From contig JAKAUM010000007.1 in the NCBI GenBank assembly GCA_021827685.1, forward strand, positions 9,842-73,841: a DNA stretch of 64,000 nt, given 5' to 3'. Under the pieces are notes generated by a model that had not been told where the DNA came from, did no database searches, and saw only the letters and a program-made list of their open reading frames with translations. The number at the start of each line of letters is the position of its first letter. Position 1 is the stretch's first letter. Below are positions 56,353 through 64,000 of the stretch, in pieces. Source of the DNA: a bacterium (GTDB lineage Bacteria > Patescibacteriota > Minisyncoccia > UBA6257 > 2-01-FULL-56-20). The position numbers were made by a program, and so were the translations under genes.

Positions 56353-57315
56353 TTATTTCGAGGACTTTATTTTATTAAGAAGTGCTTCCATATTTTTCAT
56401 GCTCAGGGCGTCTTTCACCGATACTGTCGCCGCATTCGGGTTCAGTTTTTTTAATACCGCCAATTTTGCCTTGCGCGTCGCTTCATCCGCGAGATCGCTT
56501 TTGGAGAGAAATAGGTACTCCGGCTTCTTCAGCAGTTCTTTGCCGTGCGCGCCCAATTCTTTGCGGACCAATTTATAGTCCCCTTTCGGGTCGCCGGATT
56601 CGGCGGAAACAAAATGGAAGAGGATCCTGGTGCGCTCGATGTGCCGCAGAAATTTTGTCCCCAATCCTTTTCCGGACGATGAGCCCTCGATAAGACCGGG
56701 AATATCGGCGATGGTCAGTTCGTAGTATGCGCCGAGGTTCGGCTCGAGCGTGGTGAAAGGATAATCCGCAACCTTGCTCCGGGCGTTCGTGAGCGCGTTC
56801 AACATGCTGGATTTCCCGGCGTTCGGCAGGCCTACGAATCCAATGTCGGCAATAAGCCTAAGCTCCAAATGCAGTTCGAACGTTTCGCCCGGCCGTCCGC
56901 CCTGGGATTGAAGCGGAGAGGTGTTGCGCGAAGAACGGAAGTGAAAGTTGCCCCGGCCGCCGATGCCGCCGCGCGCAAGGAGTATGCGCTCGCCGATCTT
57001 TTCCACGCTTGTTTCGGTCCCGTTCGTGAGATTGTGCACTTCGGTTCCTACCGGGAGCTTGAGCACAAGGTCGTCGCCCCTGCGTCCGTCGCGCAGCTGG
57101 CCCTGACCGACGCCGCCGTCCTTTGCTCCAAATTCTTTTTTATACCGGAATTGTTTCAGCGCGCTGACATCCGAGACGCCCACGGCAAATACGTCGCCAC
57201 CCTTTCCGCCGGACGCGCCCGTGGGCCCGAGGGCTTTGAGGTTGCTGTTAAATGCCACCGCGCCCTTGCCGCCGTTTCCGGCAGAAATTTTGATATGTAC
57301 ATCATCTATGAGCAT
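56353..57315 (-). CDS. obg: GTPase Obg (no C-terminal OCT domain)
   Basis: Gly-rich Obg fold, then G1 GLPNAGKSS, G3 DIPG, G4 SKSD. Confidence 0.9.
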   Translation of the reverse strand: MLIDDVHIKISAGNGGKGAVAFNSNLKALGPTGASGGKGGDVFAVGVSDVSALKQFRYKKEFGAKDGGVGQGQLRDGRRGDDLVLKLPVGTEVHNLTNGTETSVEKIGERILLARGGIGGRGNFHFRSSRNTSPLQSQGGRPGETFELHLELRLIADIGFVGLPNAGKSSMLNALTNARSKVADYPFTTLEPNLGAYYELTIADIPGLIEGSSSGKGLGTKFLRHIERTRILFHFVSAESGDPKGDYKLVRKELGAHGKELLKKPEYLFLSKSDLADEATRKAKLAVLKKLNPNAATVSVKDALSMKNMEALLNKIKSSK

Positions 57316-57379
57316 CCGGTTAGAATGGCATTCTAAACTATTATCACTATTATTGCCATCGGTCCTGCGCTATGATCGA

Positions 57380-57859
57380 ATGATGGAAGAAATGGAAAAA
57401 ATCGAACCGTTCCATGTCACGCAGGAAGGCTTGGAACGCTTGCGCGAGCGGCTTGCATACCTCAAGCGTGTTTTGCCCGAACGCGCCGAGGAAACGAGGA
57501 GGGCGGCCGCGTACGGCGACCGTTCGGAAAACGACGAATACAAAACGGCGAAAGGAGCTTTACAGCATACCAAGTGGCGGATTCTGGAAATCGAAGACCA
57601 AATTAAACGCGCGGTCATAATTACCTCCGGCGCTTCCGCCTCGGGCATGGTGCAGATCGGTTCACGGGTGACGCTCGGCGAGGGCGCTGCGAAAAAGACG
57701 TTTCAGATCGTCGGCCCGCACGAAACCGATCCCGCGCGGGGCCGCATTTCTTACCGATCGCCGCTCGGCGCGGCGCTCCTCGATCGACGGAGGGGGCATG
57801 TCATCGAGGTGGAGTCGATAAACGGAACCAAAAAATACCGGATCATAGAAATACAATAG
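57380..57859 (+). CDS. greA: Transcription elongation factor GreA
   Basis: N-terminal coiled coil with acidic tip (DRSENDEY); C-terminal FKBP-like domain. Confidence 0.85.
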   Translation: MMEEMEKIEPFHVTQEGLERLRERLAYLKRVLPERAEETRRAAAYGDRSENDEYKTAKGALQHTKWRILEIEDQIKRAVIITSGASASGMVQIGSRVTLGEGAAKKTFQIVGPHETDPARGRISYRSPLGAALLDRRRGHVIEVESINGTKKYRIIEIQ

Positions 57860-58023
57860 CTGCCTGATTGCTCCCCGATTTGGACGAGTTTCGAACCAGA
57901 GATTGGGAACAGATTGTACGTGGTTTAGCTTATCTCGATGTGCCGCGGCTGCGGCTTGCAGTGGCGGCATAAGGGGGGGTATATTGGCGACAAAGGTCGA
58001 TTACAAGGCCTATTACATACATC

Positions 58024-58629
58024 ATGAAAAAAATACTACTGGGTGGAGCGGTGGCTGCTGGAAGCCTCCTTGCGTTTTCGTTGGTCGCTCTTGCTGCGCC
58101 ATCGGTCCACACGAATTTCGGCAAGACGCTCAATGCCAGCACCTGCAACACGAGTGGTGCCCCGATCGTAAATGTCTCGCTCAAGGTGATCAACGATTCC
58201 GATTCCGGTTTCGGTGGCAACGCATGGGCAAACGACGATTATGTAAAGACGATCCAGGTGTGGCCGCAAGCAGATGGAACGAACTGCGCTATCGTGAAAT
58301 ACGAAGGGCAGTTCGTTACCTATGATGGATTGAGTCCGAGCGGCAACTCGACGGTAGCGGCTGGAGTTAGGGGAGCGTTTGAGGGCGGCTATCAGGCCAC
58401 CTTCGATGGAACACTTACTCCCACGCTGCCGACCCACGGAAACCTTGGCACGTATGATTATGCGTGCGATGGAACGTTCACATGCAACACGTTCGATTGG
58501 GTGAGCGCCTACTTTACTGGCAATACATTCTTCAACCAGCCGTATTGGGCGTGGGACTACCATGCCGGTCACAATGGGAGCTGGGTGAACGCAAGCACTG
58601 GTAGTTCTGGCGACATCACCGGGAGCTAA
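58024..58629 (+). CDS. Secreted hypothetical protein with signal peptide
   Basis: MKKILLGGAVAAGSLLAFSLVALAA signal; Gly/Asn/Thr-rich, 6 Cys. Confidence 0.5.
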   Translation: MKKILLGGAVAAGSLLAFSLVALAAPSVHTNFGKTLNASTCNTSGAPIVNVSLKVINDSDSGFGGNAWANDDYVKTIQVWPQADGTNCAIVKYEGQFVTYDGLSPSGNSTVAAGVRGAFEGGYQATFDGTLTPTLPTHGNLGTYDYACDGTFTCNTFDWVSAYFTGNTFFNQPYWAWDYHAGHNGSWVNASTGSSGDITGS

Positions 58630-58655
58630 ACGAGTGAGTGCGGAACGATAAGCGT

Positions 58656-58682
58656 AAAAACAGCCCAAGTGGGCTGTTTTTA
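58656..58682 (+). terminator. Bidirectional rho-independent terminator (A5-CAGCCCA-AGT-GGGCTG-T5)
   Basis: Perfect stem flanked by an A-run and a T-run, 27 nt after the secreted-protein stop. Confidence 0.7.
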
Positions 58683-58787
58683 CTGGACAACCCTGCGTGA
58701 GGACTCGGTCTGGGGCGTACGATTCAGCCCGTAAAAGCTGGGCAAAACCAGTTCGTTGATTTTTCATGGGGAATCCGTATTATATAA

Positions 58788-59027
58788 GTGATGGACAAGA
58801 CCTCCTCAAAAAGCGGCGCGATGAGCAAAATCGCGCCAAAAGAAGTTGTAGACAAGAACGCTCCGGCCCTGAAGGCCTACGATGCGTATAAGAGAGCGGC
58901 CGACATCATAGAACAAGCCGACATTGCCTCCGGCAAGCGCGTCGTTTTCAAATCGAGCACTGGCTCTGCGATCAACTTCCAGATAGACCTGCATGGCACT
59001 TACTCAACCACAGCGCAAGAGATTTAG
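58788..59027 (+). CDS. Hypothetical 79-aa protein
   Basis: ORF with moderate GC; first gene of the element; overlaps the next gene start. Confidence 0.3.
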   Translation: MMDKTSSKSGAMSKIAPKEVVDKNAPALKAYDAYKRAADIIEQADIASGKRVVFKSSTGSAINFQIDLHGTYSTTAQEI

Positions 59028-60015
59028 CGCGACACAGGATTGGCAGAACTTCCTCCAAGCAAAACAGGGAGTGGTTAACGGCTCGGAGCTATTTGAGTTA
59101 CGCAAAGCATGTTACGCCGAGATAGAGGCGCTGCGAAAGCGGCCTCTTTTGGTTTACGCAACGAAGTTCTTGGAGGGCGTGCCCCCATTTGCACCTAATC
59201 AAATCGATCTTACCGATGTCGAAGGATTCACCGATCTGGTGAACTCGACAGCTGACGGTTCAGTAGACGTGCTTCTCCATAGCCCCGGTGGGCGTCCCGA
59301 TGCGACCGAGCGGATTGTTGACATACTCCGCGGAAAGTTCAAAGAGGTTCATTTTCTCGTTCCCCATTCGGCATATTCGGCCGCAACGATGCTCGCATTA
59401 TCCGGCAATAGCATTGTTCTCCATCCGAGCGCGACGCTTGGGCCGATTGATCCTCAGGTTGGTGTTCCGACGAAAGAAGGGCTGGTCAGGTTCGTCCCCG
59501 CGAAGTCCATCAGAAATGGATTCGAAAAGGCGAAAGCTGAAATAAAGAAAGAAGGGCCGGAGGCGCTGCCAGCTTACATCCCATTGATTGAACAATACTC
59601 GCTCGACCTCTTTGAGATGTGTGAGGATTCTGAAAAGCTCTCGAAGGAGCTGGTATCAACTTGGCTTCAGCGGTATATGTTTGAAGGCGATGGGAGCGCT
59701 GGGGAGAAAATCAAAAACGCCGTCGCGTATTTCTCGGAATACGATACGCACAAGCTGCACTCCCGGCCGCTCTCAGCGAACAAAATCTCCGGCCTCAATC
59801 TCAAAATCGAAGTCGCAAGCGGCATACTCAAAGACCTCCTGTGGGAGTCGTTTATTCTCCTCAATGGGTTCTTCAACGTAAGTTCGTTTGTGAAGCTATA
59901 CGAAAATACTCGTGGTGTGACATGGGGAAAACAGTTGCAGATTATGATGGGGCCTCAACCTCAAGTCCAGCCGCAGCCACAACCACGGCCGCGGCCACAG
60001 CCTCCGCAAAAATAG
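58993..60015 (+). CDS. ClpP/crotonase-fold serine protease, S49/SDH family, with Pro/Gln-rich C-terminal tail
   Basis: VDVLLHSPGG motif typical of ClpP/SppA-like (SDH) proteases; PQPQ repeat tail. Confidence 0.55.
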   Translation: MALTQPQRKRFSATQDWQNFLQAKQGVVNGSELFELRKACYAEIEALRKRPLLVYATKFLEGVPPFAPNQIDLTDVEGFTDLVNSTADGSVDVLLHSPGGRPDATERIVDILRGKFKEVHFLVPHSAYSAATMLALSGNSIVLHPSATLGPIDPQVGVPTKEGLVRFVPAKSIRNGFEKAKAEIKKEGPEALPAYIPLIEQYSLDLFEMCEDSEKLSKELVSTWLQRYMFEGDGSAGEKIKNAVAYFSEYDTHKLHSRPLSANKISGLNLKIEVASGILKDLLWESFILLNGFFNVSSFVKLYENTRGVTWGKQLQIMMGPQPQVQPQPQPRPRPQPPQK

Positions 60016-60096
60016 CAAGAGATAGCATGTCTTCGGCAGCGCTCAATCGGCGCTGCTTTTTGACGTGCGGGCAAATGTAAACTAAAGTAAAGCGTA

Positions 60097-61170
60097 ATGG
60101 AAGACATTGCGGCCACTTTGCGGGACGATTATGAGGCCTTCGTCAACCAGCCGGAACCGTTCGGCTTCTTTTCCGGCCTCTCGGATTATATGGGCTACGC
60201 GCTGGAGAACCCGACGCTGAAAGCGATTGTGGACGAAGCCATGAAGCCGAAGCAGGCATTGTTTGATGAGTATGACCGGCTTGAACAGCAAACGATGAGG
60301 GAGATGAAAGTGGCCGAAAAGAAAATCCGCAAGATCATTGCGGATAATAAAATCGACCCGGCTTCAATAACGATGGTTTTCTCGACGGGGCCGAATATGC
60401 GGCAGGAGCAAAACCTGCTTGAACGGCTCGAGGTGTTCGACAAAAGTCAGCCTGGCCACGGCAATTCAAAGTGGCATACGTTCGGGCAATACCTTTTCGA
60501 TATTGCCGTAAACCTCGCGCGACAGGGCTACGGGGAGCAGCTCAAGGAGTTTACCGTTCCAGCAAGTGAATGGGGACACCATCACGAAGATCCTTATCCC
60601 GAAGACAATACAAGCGGACTGGTTTTGGCTGGCAACAGCCTCGGCAACTTCGTGTTTTCAAAAACCGAGCCGCTTGTTCTCAAGCAGGATGCCCACATTG
60701 CCAAAGAGCGTGAGTATGGCGCAATGTGGAGCGTTTTCGATCAACTCGTGAAACTCCGCGAAACGGTTGTGGCTCGGAGCGGTGGAATAAGCAAATACGA
60801 TTTTCTCAACGATTACAACCGGCGGCACCCGGCAAGGAATAAAGCCGAAGCTAACGACCTCTGGGAGGTCGGCCTGGCATTTAACGACTTATCCGACATG
60901 ACGATGACCGGGGGGATCATAGAATGTGGATCGGTTCCACTCCCGGACGACAGTTACCGTTACCACCGTTCTTACGGGTCAACGACTTCAAGAGTCGTGC
61001 GGCACGCGCACATAGGCATCTTCTCAAAGAACTCGGGAAGCGGCAGACAAAAATGGCCCCGGCTGGTGGTTTTTCAGCAACCAGCGACGAGCTTTGTTTC
61101 AACGGCAAAAAGATCATTGTATCGCGGTCGAAAAACACAAGGCCTTATTTCCTGCTTAAAATTCTGTTGA
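60097..61170 (+). CDS. Hypothetical protein; C-terminal ~80 aa look like out-of-frame read-through (possible frameshift)
   Basis: First ~280 aa protein-like; the last segment is Arg-rich junk, while the overlapping +1 frame encodes a winged-helix domain. Confidence 0.4.
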   Translation: MEDIAATLRDDYEAFVNQPEPFGFFSGLSDYMGYALENPTLKAIVDEAMKPKQALFDEYDRLEQQTMREMKVAEKKIRKIIADNKIDPASITMVFSTGPNMRQEQNLLERLEVFDKSQPGHGNSKWHTFGQYLFDIAVNLARQGYGEQLKEFTVPASEWGHHHEDPYPEDNTSGLVLAGNSLGNFVFSKTEPLVLKQDAHIAKEREYGAMWSVFDQLVKLRETVVARSGGISKYDFLNDYNRRHPARNKAEANDLWEVGLAFNDLSDMTMTGGIIECGSVPLPDDSYRYHRSYGSTTSRVVRHAHIGIFSKNSGSGRQKWPRLVVFQQPATSFVSTAKRSLYRGRKTQGLISCLKFC

Positions 61171-61385
61171 GCAATCCACAGAAGACTTGGCATTACGACG
61201 AGGTCTGGTGGGAGTTATTCGAGACGCACTATCCCAAAAATCCGACCGAGGCAGACGCGAAGAAAATCTACAATGCCGCCTATGATCTGAACCAGCTCAT
61301 CGCGCAACAAACGACGATAAACGATTTCGTGGATGTGACGATGACTACGTTGAGGGTGAACGAGAAGTATCTTCCGCTCGGGTAG
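61053..61385 (+). CDS. OmpR/CadC-type winged-helix DNA-binding domain protein (either standalone or the frameshifted C-terminus of the upstream ORF)
   Basis: KIIVSRSKNTRPYFLLKILLSNPQKTWHYDEVWWELF resembles the trans_reg_C wHTH. Confidence 0.4.
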   Translation: MAPAGGFSATSDELCFNGKKIIVSRSKNTRPYFLLKILLSNPQKTWHYDEVWWELFETHYPKNPTEADAKKIYNAAYDLNQLIAQQTTINDFVDVTMTTLRVNEKYLPLG

Positions 61386-61449
61386 CAGAGATTCAGCAGA
61401 GTTCTGCTGACTGCGGTAGGCATATCCTGATGAAAAATCAGGATCTTTT

Positions 61450-61689
61450 ATGCCTGCCAAAAGAGTTAAAAAGAAAAAGGATATTCCGGTCAGAGGCCTA
61501 TTCGAGGAAACTCGCTCGGATGATGCTACCAAGACGTTACCCGCAAAGCCGACCGTAGACGAGATTTTTAGCGACCCTGCGGCCCGCCGTAATATCGTCG
61601 GTCTCTACGAACTGCTGTACGAAATCGACCGGCGCATTAATCCGCAGTTCTACGGCTTGCCTGAGAGAAAAGATGACGCGGTAAAATAA
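61450..61689 (+). CDS. Hypothetical 79-aa basic protein
   Basis: ORF immediately upstream of the Rep gene. Confidence 0.3.
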   Translation: MPAKRVKKKKDIPVRGLFEETRSDDATKTLPAKPTVDEIFSDPAARRNIVGLYELLYEIDRRINPQFYGLPERKDDAVK

Positions 61690-61694
61690 AACCA

Positions 61695-62846
61695 ATGATT
61701 GATACTGCGACGCTATCGGTACCCACAAGGAAAATCGTAACCGATCCGATCATCGATAGGATCGGTTCGAAGTGGCACCTCCAACGCCGGACGCCGGGCT
61801 ACGACATGTATATCAGAAATCCGTCCGCGGCGTTTACGAAGCAAAACTACTTCCCGTACGTGACGGCATTCAACCGCAAAGGATCGCATTCCTCGTGGAA
61901 AGAAGCCGAGTCAACTATCCACTTTCGTTTCTCCGCGCCGAAGCTCATTTTTCAAAATAACGTAGACGAGCTAACCGAAGACCAGTTCGAAGCGGTCGTA
62001 CGGGCGCTCACTGACCGGCTCCGCGAGATGAACATCCTCGTCCGGTCGCAAACATTGGCCGACGCGGAGGTGCGCACAGTGCATTACTCAAAGAACATTG
62101 AGCTGCACGACGGCTACACTGCTCGTTACGTCATCAATGAACTCGGGAAAATCGATATGAGCAAGCGCTTCGATTTCGGTAAGGCGCGATATGAGAATGA
62201 CGGTAGTGGGATCGTAGCACATACGAAGGCACACGAGTTTGTGGTGTACGACAAGATCGCGGACATGGGAAAAAGTCAAAAACGGGCTATCGACAAAGAC
62301 CAGACGTCTCGGCAGCCGAGCCTGTTCGCTGATTTTGAAAAAGCCGAGAAGCCGCACGAGATCATCCGCTTCGAGATACGACTGAACGAGAAGCGCAAGA
62401 TCGATGCGCTGTTTCAGGAACTCGGTTTCGCGCCGAACCCAACCTTCAAAGACGCATTCTCTGCCGCAAAGAGCAAGAAAGTGGTTCGGCATTACTGGGA
62501 CACGATGGTCACGGGACATGCAGCAGCGCTATTCGGCCACACGCTGACTATGAAGGAACTACTCCACCAGATCATGCTGGCCGAGAAGAACATGCGGCCC
62601 AAGGAAGCGATCTACCGCGCTGCCGCGATTTTCATGGCTCGCGAGGGCAACGGCCTGCGGGAGCTACGAAGTATTCTTCAGCGGCGCGGTCGTGACGACT
62701 TTTGGTATGACCTCACGGCCGACGTAAAGAAAACAACCACAAAGCTCGACAAGCTCCGGCCGCGCGACTGGTTTGACCAGATTATCAAGGGTTTCGAGGT
62801 CTTTGAGTCGCTCCGAGTTGTTCACTTGCTTGGTAAACAAAAGTAA
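61695..62846 (+). CDS. Rolling-circle replication initiation protein, Inoviridae gene-II-like (Phage_CRI family)
   Basis: N-terminus MIDTATLSVP resembles the gpII MIDxLxL start; SHSSWKEAESTIHFRFSAPKLIFQNNVDEL block. Confidence 0.55.
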   Translation: MIDTATLSVPTRKIVTDPIIDRIGSKWHLQRRTPGYDMYIRNPSAAFTKQNYFPYVTAFNRKGSHSSWKEAESTIHFRFSAPKLIFQNNVDELTEDQFEAVVRALTDRLREMNILVRSQTLADAEVRTVHYSKNIELHDGYTARYVINELGKIDMSKRFDFGKARYENDGSGIVAHTKAHEFVVYDKIADMGKSQKRAIDKDQTSRQPSLFADFEKAEKPHEIIRFEIRLNEKRKIDALFQELGFAPNPTFKDAFSAAKSKKVVRHYWDTMVTGHAAALFGHTLTMKELLHQIMLAEKNMRPKEAIYRAAAIFMAREGNGLRELRSILQRRGRDDFWYDLTADVKKTTTKLDKLRPRDWFDQIIKGFEVFESLRVVHLLGKQK

Positions 62847-62866
62847 AGTATCATAAAGCTAATACC

Positions 62867-63049
62867 ATGAAGCCAAAACACAAACCCTACTATACCGCTC
62901 GCGAGCTTGCCGACGCGCTCTCGGTGAACATCATGACCATCTATCGCTACATCAACAAGAAGCGGTTGAAGGCATACAAAATTGGCAAGGAGTTCAGGAT
63001 CGAAAAGGCCGAATTCGACCGGTTCATGCAAAAGGCAAAACTCAAATAA
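62867..63049 (+). CDS. Excisionase/MerR-type HTH DNA-binding protein
   Basis: YTARELADALSVNIMTIYRYINKKRLKAYKIG, HTH_17-like. Confidence 0.65.
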   Translation: MKPKHKPYYTARELADALSVNIMTIYRYINKKRLKAYKIGKEFRIEKAEFDRFMQKAKLK

Positions 63050-63051
63050 CC

Positions 63052-63570
63052 ATGGAAAAAACAATCAGTGGATTGAATAGCAGAAGCTGGTATAGGTTAC
63101 TGAAGGTGCTCTATGTCGGAGTATTCCTTGTCGTCGTCCTTTTCGGATTACTGTTGATCTTCGACTCTAATCAATTAGAAACCACAGTCGATAATGCAAG
63201 GACGACCATAGAATGCGATTATCCTGTGCAACATAACATTACGGCAGCCGATGGAGGCGTGTATTTTATGCCATCAGATTTCACGGACGGGGAATACAAC
63301 AATTTCAATAAAAACGCAGAAATACAAGATGCCTGCGGGATGACCGACTACGTTAATAACCTTATTTCCAGGGCTGGCAATCTCCAATTAGGAACAAACG
63401 GTTTCCCCTCCCATCTCTTCACTGTGGACCCAGTTTTTGATAGCGAAGGTGGCTGGTCTTATATACTCGGATACTCGCTACTCTTCATCGTCATAGTCGT
63501 CGCTATCTCTGAAGGGTTGAGGAGGGTTTTCTATTACGTGGTGCTTGGCAGCTTCAAGCCGCACAAATAA
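63052..63570 (+). CDS. Hypothetical membrane protein (2 TM)
   Basis: N-terminal and C-terminal TM helices flanking a Cys-containing extracytoplasmic domain. Confidence 0.4.
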   Translation: MEKTISGLNSRSWYRLLKVLYVGVFLVVVLFGLLLIFDSNQLETTVDNARTTIECDYPVQHNITAADGGVYFMPSDFTDGEYNNFNKNAEIQDACGMTDYVNNLISRAGNLQLGTNGFPSHLFTVDPVFDSEGGWSYILGYSLLFIVIVVAISEGLRRVFYYVVLGSFKPHK

Positions 63571-63572
63571 CT

Positions 63573-64000
63573 ATGAAGGCCATCGTCCTTGCAAGGGTGT
63601 CAGATAAAAAACAGGATTCCAACGAAGCGCAGGTAATGCGGATAGCCGACTTCATTAAATCGAAAGATCTTGAGGTTTGGAAAACGTACGAAATCGAGGA
63701 GTCATCATCAAGGGGCGATAGAAAGAAGTTCCATGAGGTCATAAAAGATATTGAGAAAGCCAAGGAGCCGATTGCTCTCGTCGTTGATACGATTGATCGT
63801 CTCCAGCGCAGCTTCAAGGAATCCGTGCTCTTGGATGATTTACGCAAGTCCGGGAAGCTCGTTATCTACTTTTACCGCGAGAACCTCACGATCCATAAGG
63901 ACTCCAATAGCGCCGACATTCTTCGGTGGGAAATGGGTGTCCTGCTCGCGCACAGCTACATACTCCAGTTGAGCGATAACGTGAAGCGTACGTTTGAACA
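63573..64000 (+). CDS. Serine recombinase (resolvase/integrase catalytic domain), 3' end truncated by window; not in the ORF track
   Basis: MKAIVLARVSDKKQD... nucleophile-Ser motif and resolvase N-domain pattern; ORF open to the window end. Confidence 0.8.
   Translation, partial: MKAIVLARVSDKKQDSNEAQVMRIADFIKSKDLEVWKTYEIEESSSRGDRKKFHEVIKDIEKAKEPIALVVDTIDRLQRSFKESVLLDDLRKSGKLVIYFYRENLTIHKDSNSADILRWEMGVLLAHSYILQLSDNVKRTFE

Larger units (their letters stand above)
58700..64000 (+). mobile_element. Integrated mobile element or prophage-like region (~50% GC): rolling-circle Rep (gpII-like), excisionase-like HTH, serine recombinase; right end beyond window
   Basis: GC drop relative to flanks; all genes on one strand; Rep, Xis-like and serine recombinase genes present. 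Confidence 0.5.

Noticed and set aside
57221-57379. N-terminal 53-aa extension of the greA ORF
   Set aside because: The upstream segment is Leu/Pro-rich junk and overlaps the divergent obg start region. A conserved GreA N-terminus begins at MMEEMEK.
1-64000. CRISPR arrays or large direct-repeat families
   Set aside because: No regularly spaced short repeats were seen anywhere in the window. The only repeats are the 21-bp tandem duplication, the 12-bp inverted repeat and the MraZ boxes.

Overview
High-GC (~65-70% by eye) bacterial chromosome segment; the gene content and several fused or truncated genes (an Rpe-transketolase fusion, a short Obg, SET- and LTD-domain proteins, many small surface proteins) suggest a small-genome Patescibacteria/CPR-like organism, though lineage is inference only. 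The core backbone reads cleanly. It holds a DEAD-box helicase C-terminus, a CofE-like gene, secA, hpf, murB, GtrA-like and SIMPL-domain genes, tpiA, tRNA-Glu, and a dcw cluster (murF, ftsI, ftsL-like, rsmH, mraZ with candidate MraZ-box repeats). Further along are a SET-domain methyltransferase, tRNA-Val, rplL-rplJ, htrA, leuS, tatD, metG, an AI-2E transporter, an M16 peptidase, an SLT transglycosylase, rplY, a sugar-phosphate block (fba, pfkB, GGDEF, split transketolase with an Rpe fusion, rpiB, gap), DUF192, trmH and LTD-domain surface proteins. The last backbone stretch has a Nudix/NDT-like pair, a ROK kinase, a GT4 glycosyltransferase, an ABC-2/HlyD exporter, a P-type ATPase, an ABC-F ATPase, obg and greA. 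Three compositionally foreign segments interrupt this backbone. (1) A ~1.3 kb very AT-rich islet at 16.3-17.5 kb, next to tRNA-Arg(CCU) and tRNA-Ala, carries a 42-aa Cys/Gly-rich peptide gene with a strong RBS and intrinsic terminator, convergent with an HExxH Zn-metallopeptidase (DUF2268-like). It is insulated by terminators and followed by a ~400-nt structured non-coding stretch. (2) A ~4.5 kb lower-GC (~47-50%), single-strand operon lies immediately 3' of tRNA-Ser(UGA) at 19.4-23.9 kb. It encodes an S66 LD-carboxypeptidase (MccF-like), an unusual Nudix + polβ-type nucleotidyltransferase + inorganic pyrophosphatase fusion, S51 peptidase E, a small P-loop kinase, a histidine phosphatase and a nucleoside 2-deoxyribosyltransferase-like protein. 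This is a candidate aminoacyl-/peptidyl-nucleotide processing or detox/salvage module. (3) A ~50% GC mobile element runs from ~58.7 kb to the window end. It has an S49/SDH ClpP-fold protease, an unknown 357-aa protein apparently frameshifted onto a winged-helix domain, an inovirus gpII-like rolling-circle Rep, an excisionase-like HTH, a membrane protein and a serine recombinase truncated by the window. Many long ORFs antisense to real genes are high-GC artefacts and were ignored. All coordinates for RNA genes and small motifs were counted by hand and may be off by 1-3 nt.
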